This document shows, piece after piece, positions 49,243 to 61,400 of a stretch of 64,000 nt of DNA; the stretch's first letter is position 1; each line of letters begins with the position of its first letter. The stretch comes from Phoronis australis (Eukaryota; Animalia; Phoronida): positions 69,757-133,756 of the forward strand of contig NMRA01000025.1 in the NCBI GenBank assembly GCA_002633005.1. The letters run 5' to 3'. Below the pieces are notes generated by a model. It worked only from the letters and a program-made list of their open reading frames with translations, was not told the origin of the DNA and ran no database searches. The position numbers and the translations under genes were made by a program.

Positions 49243-52041
49243 CTGTTTGCTTGTGAAATAACTGTGCTTTACTCCTCGACATTGCAACATCCATCAGGGG
49301 TGTTCACTAGTATTGTTGTTTGTGTCCCCAGTCCCCCGCCAATGTTACTCGTCAATGTTTCGCTGCTGAGTGTGGAGAGTGAGACTTCTGTGTAAATTAT
49401 CCTCCATGATCAAACGTCAAAGTCGGGGTCAAACTTTAACGAGGGTCACTTTTTCACGAGAAGGTCGTTATTTAACTGGTCGGGTCAATTTTCAACGTCA
49501 AAAATTGTCACTTTTCAACGTTGAAAAAGTCACCCCGTGTCATTTTTCTACGGTGTCAAAATTTAATCATTGTTACACCGGCGTTTAGAGACATTTTGCC
49601 ATTGTTTAATGTTGTGAATGCTGAATTTTTAACCCGAAGCGCATTTAAAAACTTACCCCGCTCGTTCGATCTTGAACTGGAGCTCAGAAGAAACTCAAGT
49701 CAGAGGCAATGGCGTACATGCGTCATTTTTGAACTCGGTAGGGTTCTGCGTTTTCTTCAGTCGTTGATGGTTTCGTGTTCTTCTTGCCAACAAAAACAGA
49801 ATATAACAATTTTATGAGAGTATAAGGCCTAATTCCATTTTCGTAAGCCAGTCAAAGAAGGCGAAATGCATCTTTTCCTGTTTAATTCTCTGCAAACGAT
49901 TCACTTTGAGGAGTTCAACTCTACAAGAGGCTCATTCTTTCACCCATAAAATTCTACAGGTTTTTAACATTTTATACCGTTAATGTTGCAAAAGATGTAT
50001 TCTGATTTGAAAGCATCGCATTTCTTTTCGACGGTGTCTTTTCAGCATGAGCTTAGCAGGTTAGCAGTCCAAGAACACCTACGAAGATTAGATTTATGAA
50101 ATCAACCTCTAGCAAGGGGGAACAAACCTCCACGGAAGGGTGACTTTTCCATGAAAGCTCCTTCCAAACGAATCTTTTTTTCGTTTCCACTTTCTAAATG
50201 GGTGGGTATCCCATTTTGGCCAGTTGCAACCCCGAAAATATGATCTGAAGAGTAACTTTCCAACTTTTTTGGTACGGAATTTGTAGAGACTCTCGTCGGC
50301 TGAACTAAGCCCGGGCTATGGGCATCATGAACTCAGTGGTAATTCGACGTACGAAAGCACCATGAGCCTGCGTCCTGCTGGCACTGCACCGATGACGTAA
50401 GTTCATTCAGTGAACACTGCTCTACAAGAGTTGCTTTATCGTTACCACATAGGATACTACACGCCTTCATTTTTTTCTGTGTATGAATTTTGTAAATTTA
50501 TCGCTTCAAAAGATAGTATTACGGTCAACAGTAATATTACTTTTTGTTGAGAACTCAAGCGAATAGCAATAACGCATATTTGGATAAGACCTTACCTTTG
50601 AAATGCAAATATTCAAGGTACGTTTACCTTGATAACTTCGATGACGACAGCGTTACCTACCGTTTACTTCGATGTTCATTAACTACCGAAGCCAGTACGA
50701 ACGGTCCAGTTAACTGTATTGTTTGCATTCATTTGGTGGTTTATATTTGACGAATATGCACTGGCGTAGGAAGGTTTGTTTTCAGTTAGTGGGGAGACCA
50801 AATGTGAGTGCAAGCCTTCCTCGGTCGACGCGCCACCACCCGGCTAGTATTGTCACTAGTTTCACTCTTCTCCATCCCCAATCTACGCACGTTTTGCTCA
50901 GCCTGCGCTTCCTCGACAACACCAATGATACCCCCCCCCCGCCCCGATAATAGTTNACTTTTTGAAGTTGTTACTAGCACTAGGATCCGTGCAGTTGAGT
51001 CGAGAGAGGGGGGGCATCCAATAAAAACTCTTCCCGGTCATCACCAGACCTCTGTACGCTAGGCTACTGAATCCACTCTTTGGTCGCTACAGCTGGCTGG
51101 CCGTAGATTGGTATTAAACATTATTGGGGACTAGAAGTGGGGCGTAAACTAGTTTTTTTTTTAATTCGCCAAACGTTTGTCCCGTGGTCTCAAATATCCC
51201 TCGCTGTCGCCTCTGTTTGTCGCCAATTTTCTCTTCCCTCTCCCTAACATACCCCGTGGAGGCATCCTTCAGAAATCTGGGTACGGTGCTTCGCGAGACC
51301 TTTACGTTACGCGGTTAAGCTGGGTATGATTTTGACCTTTAGAGGATATGAATTTCAATTTAGTGTACCAAAAAGATGTGCTGCTTACTGACCGGCGGTA
51401 TAGTAGAAAATTCGTTGCCGCGGGCTGGACAACCGGGAGAAATACAAGAAAAAAAGCATCATCTCCGAATGAGTAAATGAAATGTAGTGTCGGAAACTTT
51501 GCGCAAATGGTTCACGGTGTTTAATCATGTTTCTGGTGTGGCTAAAGCATTTATAGTACTATTGTATCCTAGATCTATAACAAAACTTCACTGAAGACTT
51601 TTTTCAAATCAGTAATTCACAGTATGGAATTTTTAGGCAATTAGGAGATGCGCGTAGATACATGTACTTGACGGGTTAGCGGGAGAACAATTGAGACGTG
51701 GCATTCTGCGGGAGTGTTTCGGGAACTTATCAAAGAAATTTTCTGAAATAATTCGCGTCTGGATCCGGATTCCTGTCGCCGTTTGTACGTTAAGCAGTAC
51801 CTTGTGTACTCATTCAATCATCCACACAAAGGGTAAACACACGTTTTATCAAGTGAACTGTAACGGTAGCTTTACGTTAATATGACCACTCGAGCTTTCT
51901 ATCACACGCTGCTGAACACAAAAAGGACGCCAACAGTCTATCATGTACTCGTTGCGTCAACACTGGCCACATAACTGGGCTTTCCTGAGGTCAAAGTGCA
52001 AGGTCATTACAATATTTATGTCAAACTCGTAAATCCTTATA

Positions 52042-52092
52042 CATGGGCGGCGCACCAAAGGGGGCACTTTTTTCAGTGCTGCGCCGCCCATG
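52042..52092. mobile_element. 51-bp hairpin / minimal MITE
   Basis: Perfect 13-bp inverted repeat CATGGGCGGCGCA / TGCGCCGCCCATG; flanks TTATA / TTATG. Confidence 0.55.
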
Positions 52093-52910
52093 TTATGCAC
52101 ATATACAGGCTATCGTTGACCAAAGGGGTGAACGTTACGCAAGTAAATTAGGTGCGCCGATAGTGGCGTAAATTAATTATCAACGGCGTAAATTAAAGTT
52201 AATTTAATGTGCGTTACCGTAGCAGCAATCAATATGAATAGTTAATAACAATAGACAATTATTGACTCCAAAATACGAGTTTATAACTTGATAATCTGTT
52301 TACATCATATAATAATAATCTGATAAATGACCACTTCATAAGCTTGGACCTGCAAAACATGAAAACAATATCAACCAAATTCGCTGCCTGAATTGAACAA
52401 CACAAGCGTGGCCCATGTTTTGATGTACGGTATATGCACACTAACGTCCAAATAAATTGTCATAAATCAAATGGATGATACCGTAAACGATAAAAAATTA
52501 AACTGGAGAGCACTGACGTTAAAGCATTCATCCCTGCCCATAACAGTGACTTTAAGCTGAAATTAGAACTTTTACTCCGGTACACACTACTTCCGTAAAA
52601 CCAATTTGTTAGTAAACTCATGTCAACAAAGTACAATATCCCTGAGAGTATACTCATAGTCGTTAGTTAATCAATTGATTTGAACAAATTTTTGCTAAGA
52701 TGCGTAAACGATTTATTTACTTAATTGACAATTTTCTTATCTTGGTATCAAGAGTTGAAGGATGAATTCAAACCAAGCATCTTGACGCACATGACTACAA
52801 ATTATTAATATCAATAGCTGCAATAAAATGCCGAGATTAATGGCCCATGAGATTTTAAACTATTTTAAAGTCGAGGCTATCTCGTCGTTGAGACGACACT
52901 TACTGCCACC

Positions 52911-52943
52911 ATGACACGCGGAGCTATTTTCTTCTTTTCATTG
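52911..52943 (+). CDS. Unknown secreted protein, coding exon 1 (MTRGAIFFFSL)
   Basis: GCCACC-ATG Kozak context, 11 codons, phase-0 donor TTG|gtatgt; first half of a signal peptide. Confidence 0.65.
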
Positions 52944-53244
52944 GTATGTATGTTTTCAACACTTTGAAAATAATCAATGTACTTTCGATCTTTTCAGACA
53001 AAAACAAACCCAGTTCATTCTTTCCGAGTATTCTGTTTACATTTTGCGATATCATTCAAATGTGATGTTGCAAGTATGGCGTCAAATCGAAAGCAATACG
53101 TGTTTCTGTCTATCATTTAATTCTACACCCGTCTGTCAATTAGCGCCTCTTACATAAAAGAATGGAACCGTGACAAATAATAAAGTACATTTCTGGGCCA
53201 TGCTTGTTTCGTAGGATTTTTTAGCAAATGGGACTGCTACTCAG

Positions 53245-53507
53245 CATGCGCGCTCCCAGCCTTTAATATGGGGGGCTCGAACGAATTTCCGTCGATTTGG
53301 ACCTTTTACCGACAAAAAGCCGTAGGACTAAGAAAAAAGAAACGGGATACCACGTCCACAGCTGTGAATTGGGCGTTTGCGCCTTTTTAGTGGACTTTTT
53401 GTCTCGTTTTCTCGGACTTTTCGTGTCTCTGAGGCGGACCTTTTTGTCCACCTCGCCAAATGGGGGCTCATTCGAGCTCCCCCAACCCCCCCCCTGGTGC
53501 GCGCATG
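53245..53507. mobile_element. MITE with CATG termini and 5-bp TSD
   Basis: TIR CATGCGCGC / GCGCGCATG with CTCAG on both sides; a related diverged copy lies at about 34713 in the opposite orientation. Confidence 0.7.
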
Positions 53508-53626
53508 CTCAGGCTGTAAAATTTGAAACCGTAAATCTTTAACTAATTACCAAAAATTATGCCACTGAACTACTAGGTATTCAATTATTAGTATATATGC
53601 ATTATGCCGGTGTGTTCGTTGTACAG

Positions 53627-53788
53627 GTGGTCGCTTGTGCTTGGGCTGACGAGCCGTGCCCCTCTGCAAATGTGCTCAATGACCCAGGCGCCGATCGCAA
53701 CGTTGACGTCTACCTGGATACTACAGCTAATGTGTCGTTCGAAACAATTGTCGTCGGTACCGCCGTTCGAGTCTGTTTAGTGGCCAAT
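53627..53788 (+). CDS. Unknown secreted protein, coding exon 2 (VVACAWADEPCPSANVLNDPGADRNVDVYLDTTANVSFETIVVGTAVRVCLVAN)
   Basis: gttgtacag acceptor, AAT|gtgagt donor, 54 codons in phase 0-0. Completes the signal peptide with an A-W-A cleavage motif. Confidence 0.65.
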
Positions 53789-54103
53789 GTGAGTTTTTAC
53801 AACCCCTGGGCGACGAAGATGAACGTACAGATTAAAACGAGGTGTGGATTCCTGGTTAATCGTTACTTTTTGGCGATATTAATTTTGCCAAGTCTGATAT
53901 TATGTTATGATCTTTTGCTGGTTTGTTTGTACGCACGCTACAGGGGGCATTTTTTGTGAGACCAACATTAAATTTACACTTCCTTCGATCGGTCATTTCT
54001 CCGGCCAATAGAATTTAGAAATGGTTCGAGCATGCAGACGACAGTTAGAGGGCGCTTTATGTTAGTGACAGTTGTATTATCACGTTGAACGCGGGTGGTG
54101 ACT

Positions 54104-54177
54104 GTACCACACACAGGCGTCCTCAGCATCTGATTGTCCCCAATAGTCAATACTACAAGGTATGACACTCCGGACTA
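54104..54177 (-). repeat. Left arm of the ~75-bp inverted repeat bracketing element 1
   Basis: 54149-54177 is the exact 29-nt reverse complement of 57410-57438; similarity continues over GGGGAC.ATCAGA.GCTGAGGACGCCTGTG. Confidence 0.85.
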
Positions 54178-55109
54178 GAAATTCCACGGGTGCTTCCCTT
54201 CAGCCGTCCATAGGAAACATAAAACTCAATAAATTTACACAAAACAGATGTTCAACACTGAAACCATGAAGAATTTTTCTCAATTTCTCCCAATACCATT
54301 TACGGTGTCCTGTTCCACCGAGTTCGAAAGAAATGCGCGGTCAAAGCACATACATCTTCCCAAAAAGCCCGTCCGGAGCAACTTCTTGGTCCCACGCGCA
54401 GGGTACGGAATTATCCGGTGAGTTACAGATGAACGGCAACTGCCGAGTTATCGATGCCGTGAGTTTCCGTGAAATCATTCACCTCTGTCCAGGACATTTG
54501 GCAGAAAATCCGACATTTCGAATTCGCTTCCACAGGAGCACATTTCTTAGACCTGGGACTCATATCATTAGATCCCAATGAATGTCCTGAAGACCTATTC
54601 CAGTGCCTCACTGCTTTTTTGAGGATAACTTACTCAACGTTGGGTGTGGCATAACGCATCATGGCGAAGCTGTCGACATCGACGAAGACATGACTACCTC
54701 CCTCGAAAATACTATTGTGCTCTTATGGTTTCAGATGGTTAACCCAGGTTTACCCTAACTTGTTAAACAACGATACGGCGCGGAGTTGCGCAACAAGTCC
54801 CTTGCCTCTATCAAGACTGAAATTTCTCAAGCTATCAACTCACTACTTGATGAGCTTAGGTGCATCGAGGACACTCGCTCCATGCGCATAACCACTGAGC
54901 TCGATGACAAACCCCCCTCGCCGCCGTTGAACCCCGTCGTGCAGCTTATGCACCACCGCCCTCCGCACTCCTTCAGACCACTTCTTGTCTCGGTGCCCGT
55001 TCCTCCCGCCTGACGACAAGCGCGCCTTTCTCAAGGCCCGGTCCACCGACGTTGACGAGGCCACCGAGGAGGACTTCGCTCAAGACACAATATCTTGCAA
55101 GCAGTTCAG

Positions 55110-55800
55110 TCTGCCTGACGTAGATTCCGTGCTTCGGAAGATTACTCAATGGAAGTTCATCATCAAGACTGATCTTAGGAGTGTCTTCTATCAAATTCCT
55201 TTGTCACGAGAGTTTATGAAATATTGTGGCGTATCCACACCTTTCCGAGGTATCCGTGTCTACGCACGTTGCGCCATGGGTATGCCCGGTTCGGAAACCG
55301 CTTTGGAAGAGTTGACGTGTTGTGTATTGGGAGAGCTTTTGGAAGAAGGAGCCGTCACCAAGCTTGCTGACGACCTATACTGCGTTGGTCAGACTATCAG
55401 AGACTTGATTATCAACTGGAAAAGGGTGCTATATGCATTGTCCACGGCGGATCTCCGTCTATCTTCTACAAAGATAGTCATAGCCTCACGACGCACAGAA
55501 GTCCTCGGTTGGATTTGGGAGATGGGTACTTTACAAGCTAGCTCACATCGGATAGCAGTTTTCTCGTCTTGTCCCAAACCTGGTATTGTTCGGCAAATGA
55601 GATCCTTCATCGGGGCCGTGAAAGCTATGTCGAGAGTCCTGCCTTCTTTCATCGCCCCACTGGACTCCGCTATATCGGGATGCGATTCCAAAGGCTGCAT
55701 TACCTGGACCGATGAGTTACATGTTGCCTTCACCTCAGCCCAAAAGGCACTGTCCACACATAAATTTATCACTTTTCCCAGACGGGACGATCAGCTGTAG
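55110..55800 (+). pseudogene. Reverse transcriptase remnant of element 1
   Basis: [11 protein letters not shown]...FYQIPL...[25 protein letters not shown]...LADDLY; colinear with 59254-59950. Confidence 0.88.
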
Positions 55801-57280
55801 ATAGTCACGGATGCCTCCGCCAAACACACGCGCATCGCTGGTACACTATATCTCTCTCGTGAGGACACGACACGTATCTGGGGCTTCTTCAGTGCAAAAC
55901 TGAAATCACGTCAGGTTACTTGGCTCCCATGCGAAATTGAAGCTCTCGCCATTGCTGCTTCTATGCCATTTTAGCCCTTATCTAATTTAGTCAGCGCATC
56001 CTGCTATCATACTTACTGACAGCAAGCCTTGTGTACAAGCTTTCGAGAAACTCTGCAGGGGCGAATTCTCAGTCAGTCCTCGCGTGTCGACGTTTCTCTC
56101 CACCGTTTCTAGCTATCAGGCTATCGTTCGTCACGTATCTGGTGCCACTATCATCGTCTCCGACTTTTCGAGTCGCCACAGCCCAGAATGCACCGACGCT
56201 TCTTGCCAAGTGTGCCTTTTCGCGAACACTCTGGAAGATTGCGTGGTGCTCCGTGAGACTGCTGCCGAGGTCCTTCAGGGAGAAAACAAACTTCCGTTCA
56301 CCACGAGGTCATCTTGGTTATCCATTCAGTCCGAGTCTACCGAGTTACGGCGAGTACACTCTCATCTCAACCAAGGGACGAGGCTCTCCAAGAGAGACAC
56401 CAGCGCTCGAGATGTCAAACGCTATCTCACTATCGCGTCAGATGGTTTACTTGTGGCTCAGCGAGACAAGCCTCTCATCACCCCACCTCCCATCAACTGA
56501 AACTTGTCGCCCAACGATACTTCTTTGCATGCACTTGATTTAGAGTCTGGCATTGATCGTTGCACACGCATGCGCCATCAATGTTATTCAATGCGCTCTT
56601 TCCCCAAAACCACGACCCTGCAGAGTACCTCTGATACACCTGCGACCGTTGGGAGGTCGTTTGCAGCTGAGGCCGTCCACGATACCTCGTGGTTGCTTCC
56701 GATGGCGTGTGGTTGAGTGTTTGGAAATTTTCTGGAGATCAGTTACGTAATGCACCATGTCAAACGCAGCGAGTGTTACCGTGTTCCGTCAGAGATTACT
56801 GGCATTCCAGCTGCTTTACCTATCACTGCCCCTTGTGGCCACGATCACGAGTCACGACGACGAGTTCCCACCGTCTTCCGCTGTTCCAGTATCTGTTTCA
56901 TCGTTGCCCTCGTCCTGCGATCCAGCTCCATGGTGCAACGACGGTGTACTACCTTCACGTGGCCCACTTGCCGCCCCAGCTGTGCCATCCACCAGCGTTC
57001 CTCCCCCTGATGCATCCCGCCAGCCGGGTTCTACGACAACGCCTGCTGTTGAACCCCAACCCCCCCCCCTTGCTCAACCCAGAGGCCCAGAGAAGATCGC
57101 AAAGGCAGCGCCACAAACCTCATTAATTGGCAAACGGACGATTGGCTTTATGACTAATTTTACTTTGTACTTTGTTAACGCCATAGTAACTGGGAATCTT
57201 ATTAACACTGTGTTTGCTGTTTTTGTCTTCTACTACCCGTTCTTAGTGTAAGTTTACCTCATTTTCTGTGACAGAAGAGG

Positions 57281-57404
57281 CAATCACGCCATTGCATTGT
57301 TATTCGTACGACTGTGGTTGGTGGGAGCTTTTTCGGTTCCGCCTCGTTGTATTGTCGGCTGCGAATTAAACTCGTTAAACTTACAACTCATTGTCTAGTT
57401 TATC
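57281..57404 (+). repeat. Putative short LTR after element 1
   Basis: Follows a polypurine tract, begins ..TCACGCCATTG like the LTR at 62233, contains ATTAAA and is followed by a TGG-initiated PBS. Confidence 0.6.
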
Positions 57405-57414
57405 TGGCGTAGTC
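57405..57414 (+). promoter_or_regulatory. Partial primer binding site TGGCGTAGTC (tRNA-Ser type)
   Basis: Complementary to the ...GACUACGCCA 3' end of eukaryotic tRNA-Ser (from recall); lies directly after the putative LTR. Confidence 0.55.
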
Positions 57415-57486
57415 CGGAGTGTCATACCTTGTAGTATTATATATAGTGTAATGGGGACGATCAGAAGCTGAGGACGCCTGTGGTAC
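57410..57486 (+). repeat. Right arm of the ~75-bp inverted repeat bracketing element 1
   Basis: Reverse complement of the left arm; overlaps the PBS by 5 nt (TAGTC). Confidence 0.85.
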
Positions 57487-59253
57487 CACACGGGCCTCTG
57501 GCTGACATTTGGCAAAAAATCAGACAGCACTTTGGCTTTTCCTCGACCGGCGCTCATTTTTTAAGCCTTTGCAATATCCGCCTGCAACCCGACAAGCGTC
57601 CCGAGGACCTCTACCAACGTTTGACGGCCTTTTTCGAGGACAATCTCCTCTCACCTGGCTGTGGCCTTACCCACCATGGAGCCGCCGTGGATTATGAGGA
57701 GGACTTGACCCTGACGCTGGAAGATGTTATTGTATATATATGGCTTGGACTGGTTCACCCTGGCTTGCCACTTCTAGTCAAGCAAAAGTATGAGCTTCGT
57801 AACAACACGCTGGCTTCGATTAAAACGGAAATATCTCTCGCACTAACTTCACTCCTGGAAGAAATCCGGACTATCGAGGACACCCGTGTGATGCGCATTG
57901 GTGCACCTCCTGGTCGCAGAAGAAAGTTTTATTCTTGCATTCTCTACAAGACCATCGTCTTCCCACAACCTTGAAAATTGCAGATTCCTACCTGACAGCG
58001 ATAAGCGTCGCATCAGCAGATCACGCCGTGTTACGGACTTTGAAGAGGATGACGCTGATCTCGACGACAAACCGTCCACCGAAGCTGCCGACGCCTCCTA
58101 TGGCTTTGTGTCACTTGATAGCCAATCAGCTCGACGTATTACTAACATGTAGTTTCCTGTCTTGAAAGCCTTCTTCGAGGATCATCCCGTGCAAGTCACA
58201 CTAGACACTGGTGCTACTGCTAACATGGTGCGCGAGTCTGCCGTATCGTTATTCGGTAATGAGTATTTCCCCCGCTTCGCAGATGGTCCACCAGGCCGAC
58301 GGCATTACCCCCCTTGAGGTTGTTGGCGAGATCCACTGTCGGCTTACACTTTCGTCTGGATGCTTTGGTGGTTCTCCAGCTTGATGTTGACATTCTTGCT
58401 GGAAATCCCTTCATGTCCTACAATGACATTGCTGTTCGCCCCACCATACGCCAGATCGTAATTGCTGCTTCTGATGTCGTCCCCTACGGTGTCAGTACTC
58501 CCAAGGAGACATTACCCACCGCACGACTTACCCAGTCTTTTCTCTTGCTTTGCCCACAGCGTTCTGTCGTTCTCCCTGGCCAGTACATCGAACTACCGAC
58601 CCGGCTGATGCCCCCTAGATACCACTTGGGCGCTCTAACCTAGGTTGGATAACCCTCTTACTAAAACACTCGAGCCTAAGCCGTCTTGGCCACGACCACA
58701 GGAAATCTCCTCAGTCGCCCACACTGTACGTTTAAAGAACGATACTGATTCACCTCTGCTAATTAAACATGGCGCACACATCTGCCAGGTGCGACAACTT
58801 TCAGAGTTCCTACCCGCCCGTGTCACAGGTTCTACTACATCCGCCACTAGCGCCCTTCCTCCAGACCCCCATACTGGACCTTCATTTTCTGATTCCATCA
58901 AGCTTGATCCTGATTTACTCCTCTCTGACGACATGCGGGCCCGCTTCCAGTCCCTACACGCTGAATTCGATGATGTATTCAACCCTGCCGTTTCTGCTGT
59001 TGTGAATGTTGGACCCACTTTCCCTCCTCAACGGAAAAGCCGACTTCCCCAATACAACCGCGAGTCCCTTGTTGAACTTCAGACACAATTTTATGAGCTT
59101 GAGGCCGCTGGTGTTTTCGCCAAGCCAGAGCAGGTGAACGTTCATGTAGAATATCCCAACATCTCCTTCCTCATCAAAAAACCAAGCGACGGTAGTCGGC
59201 TTGTTACTTCGTTTGGAGAGGTTGCCCGCTATGGTAAGCCCTAACCGTCCCTC

Positions 59254-60350
59254 ATGCCCAATGTGGACAGTGTCCTACGCGACATCGGAAAATGGAACTA
59301 TCTCATAGTATCTGACCTCTTGCAGTCCTTCTACCAGATTCCTCTCGGTCATTCGTCTATGAAATATTGTGATGTCGCTACGCCATTTAAAGGCATTCGC
59401 GTTTGCACTCGATCTGCAATGGGGATGCCGGGATCAGAGACTTGTCTCGAGGAGCTCATGTCCATAGTTCTGGGTGATTTCATTCAGCAAGGTTGGGTCA
59501 ACAAAATAGCAGATGATCTGTATGTAGGTGGAAGCTCACCTGACCAGATGCTCCAACGTTGGAGACTAGTCCTCCAGGCTTTTCGGCGAAACAACCTGCG
59601 TCTGTTCGCCAAGAAAACCGTTATCTGCCCTACGTCAACCACCGTCCTTGGTTGGAAATGGTCTCAGGGTTCCGTACGGGCCAGTGATCATAAGATCTCT
59701 GCTCTCTCCGCAGTTGAGCCTCCCATAACTGTGTTCGGTCTCCGATCATATATTGGTGCTTTTAAGATGCTAAGTCGTGTTCTCCCTGGCTATGCCTCTC
59801 TTCTCGACCCGCTTGAAGCTGTCGTGGCTGGACGCGAGTCTCGTGAACGTATCTCTTGGTCCGACGATCTCATGGAATTCTTTAAGAGGTCCCAGTCTGC
59901 TCTTACAGACACAAAGGTGATATTCATGCCTAGACCTGATGATCATCTGCTCATTGTGACTGACGGTTCTGTGAAGCATCGTGGCCTGGGTGCCACCCTG
60001 TACCTCCGCAGGGGGGACAAACTTCTCCTCGCTGGCTTCTTTAATGCAAAGCTGCGTAAACATCAGACAATCTGCTTTCCCTGCGAAGTTGAGCCTCTGT
60101 GTATTGGTGTAGCAGTCCGTCATTTTCCCCATACATCATCCAGGCCTCTAATCCCACCCACGGGTCGTGACAGACAGTCGTCCATGCATGTGTTCAGGCC
60201 TACGGAAAACTTATGCGAGGCGAGTTCTCCACTAGCGCTCGAGTATCGACGTTTCTATCTACATTGAGCCGTTATGGCGTTTCTTTACACCACATTGCTG
60301 GTGCAGCAAACCTTCCCTGCGACTTCTCCAGCAGAAACCCAACATCCTGC
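59254..60350 (+). pseudogene. RT / RNase H remnant of element 2
   Basis: 337-aa ORF with RT motifs; a frameshift near 60125 interrupts RNase H, which continues in the ORF at 60213. Confidence 0.92.
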
Positions 60351-60667
60351 CAAGACTCCTCTTGTCAGGTGTGTAAGTTCATTGCCAAACTGGAAGATTC
60401 AGTCGTTCGAAGCTTGTCGGTTGATGATGTTCTTCAGAGCGCCTTCGTATGCCCTTCACAAGCCGCGCAGCTTTGCTGTTGACCCAACAGGGTTGCCCAG
60501 ACCTTCGCCGAAGCCAAGCTTACCTGTCTCAGGGTACTCGTCCTTCGCGTAAGCAAAGCAACATCAAAGATATCAGGCGTTATCTCAATGCGGTCTCAAT
60601 CGCCAACGACGGCGTCTTAGTTGTTAAGTCAGCTTAGCCATTTCAACCCCAACGTGAACGTATCGGT

Positions 60668-61400
60668 GTGCCACGCCCTGTTCTGAATGGATTGCTCACA
60701 GCCATTCACTTACGCTTTGGCCATCCATCCAAATACCAAACAAAGTGGCTCTTTACTCGCTACTTCTTTGCACTTGACATTGATAAGGCCATTGACGCTG
60801 TCACTTCTGCCTGTCACATCTGCCAGTCTGTCAAAACCATACCTGCCTATTTCCAACCCCAGTCTACCTCCCCACCCTCCGACGTTGTCGGCTCGTCATT
60901 TGCGGCTGATATTACATGTATGCGTCGTCATCGGCAGTTCATCTTCGTTATCAGGGAGACTGTCACTTCATACACGTTAACCTCCCTAATCCAAAATGAG
61001 ACTCATGATGAACTTCGAAACATTCTGGTTATTCTTTGTTCTGCATTATGCCCTCTTACTGAAAACGGAATAACTGTTTGAGTCGACGCGGCTCCTGGAT
61101 TCGTTGCTTTGAAGAATGACCAGATGTTAGTTTCACGTGGTATTCACCTTGACATTGGTCAAGTTAAGAACGTCAATAAGAATCCTGTGGCTGAACATGC
61201 AGTCGGTGAGTTGGGCATGGAACTCCTGCGTTCATCTCCAGAGGGTAGGCCAGTGTCCTCTGCAACTCTCGCCATTGCCACGTCCAATATGAACTCCCGG
61301 ATCCGCCGCGATGGTTTGTCTTCTCGTGAATTGTAGACACAGCGGGACCAAGTCACAGGTTGTCAACTGCCCATCGCCGACGGGGAGGTGATCCTCGGTC
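60668..61400 (+). pseudogene. Integrase remnant of element 2
   Basis: HHCC zinc finger and DDE core, with in-frame stops at about 61080 and 61335. Confidence 0.9.

Larger units (their letters stand above)
54300..57404 (+). mobile_element. Degenerate, internally deleted Ty3/Gypsy LTR retrotransposon (element 1)
   Basis: gag remnant ([10 protein letters not shown]...STGAHFL...PEDLFQ), RT ([24 protein letters not shown]), RNase H (IVTDAS) and an RRSQRQR tail. PPT AGAAGAGG at 57273-80 and a short LTR with ATTAAA. Stops and frameshifts throughout; protease and integrase core are missing. The start is approximate. Confidence 0.88.

Noticed and set aside
50358-50402. ACCATG...GAC|gtaagt possible first exon on the + strand
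   Set aside because: Very short, with no matching downstream exon identified; could arise by chance.
57460-57500. Hammerhead ribozyme-like CTGAGGA followed by a hairpin in the inverted-repeat arms
   Set aside because: The required GAAA box after stem II is absent in both arms and I could not form stems I and III. An Infernal search against hammerhead models would settle it.
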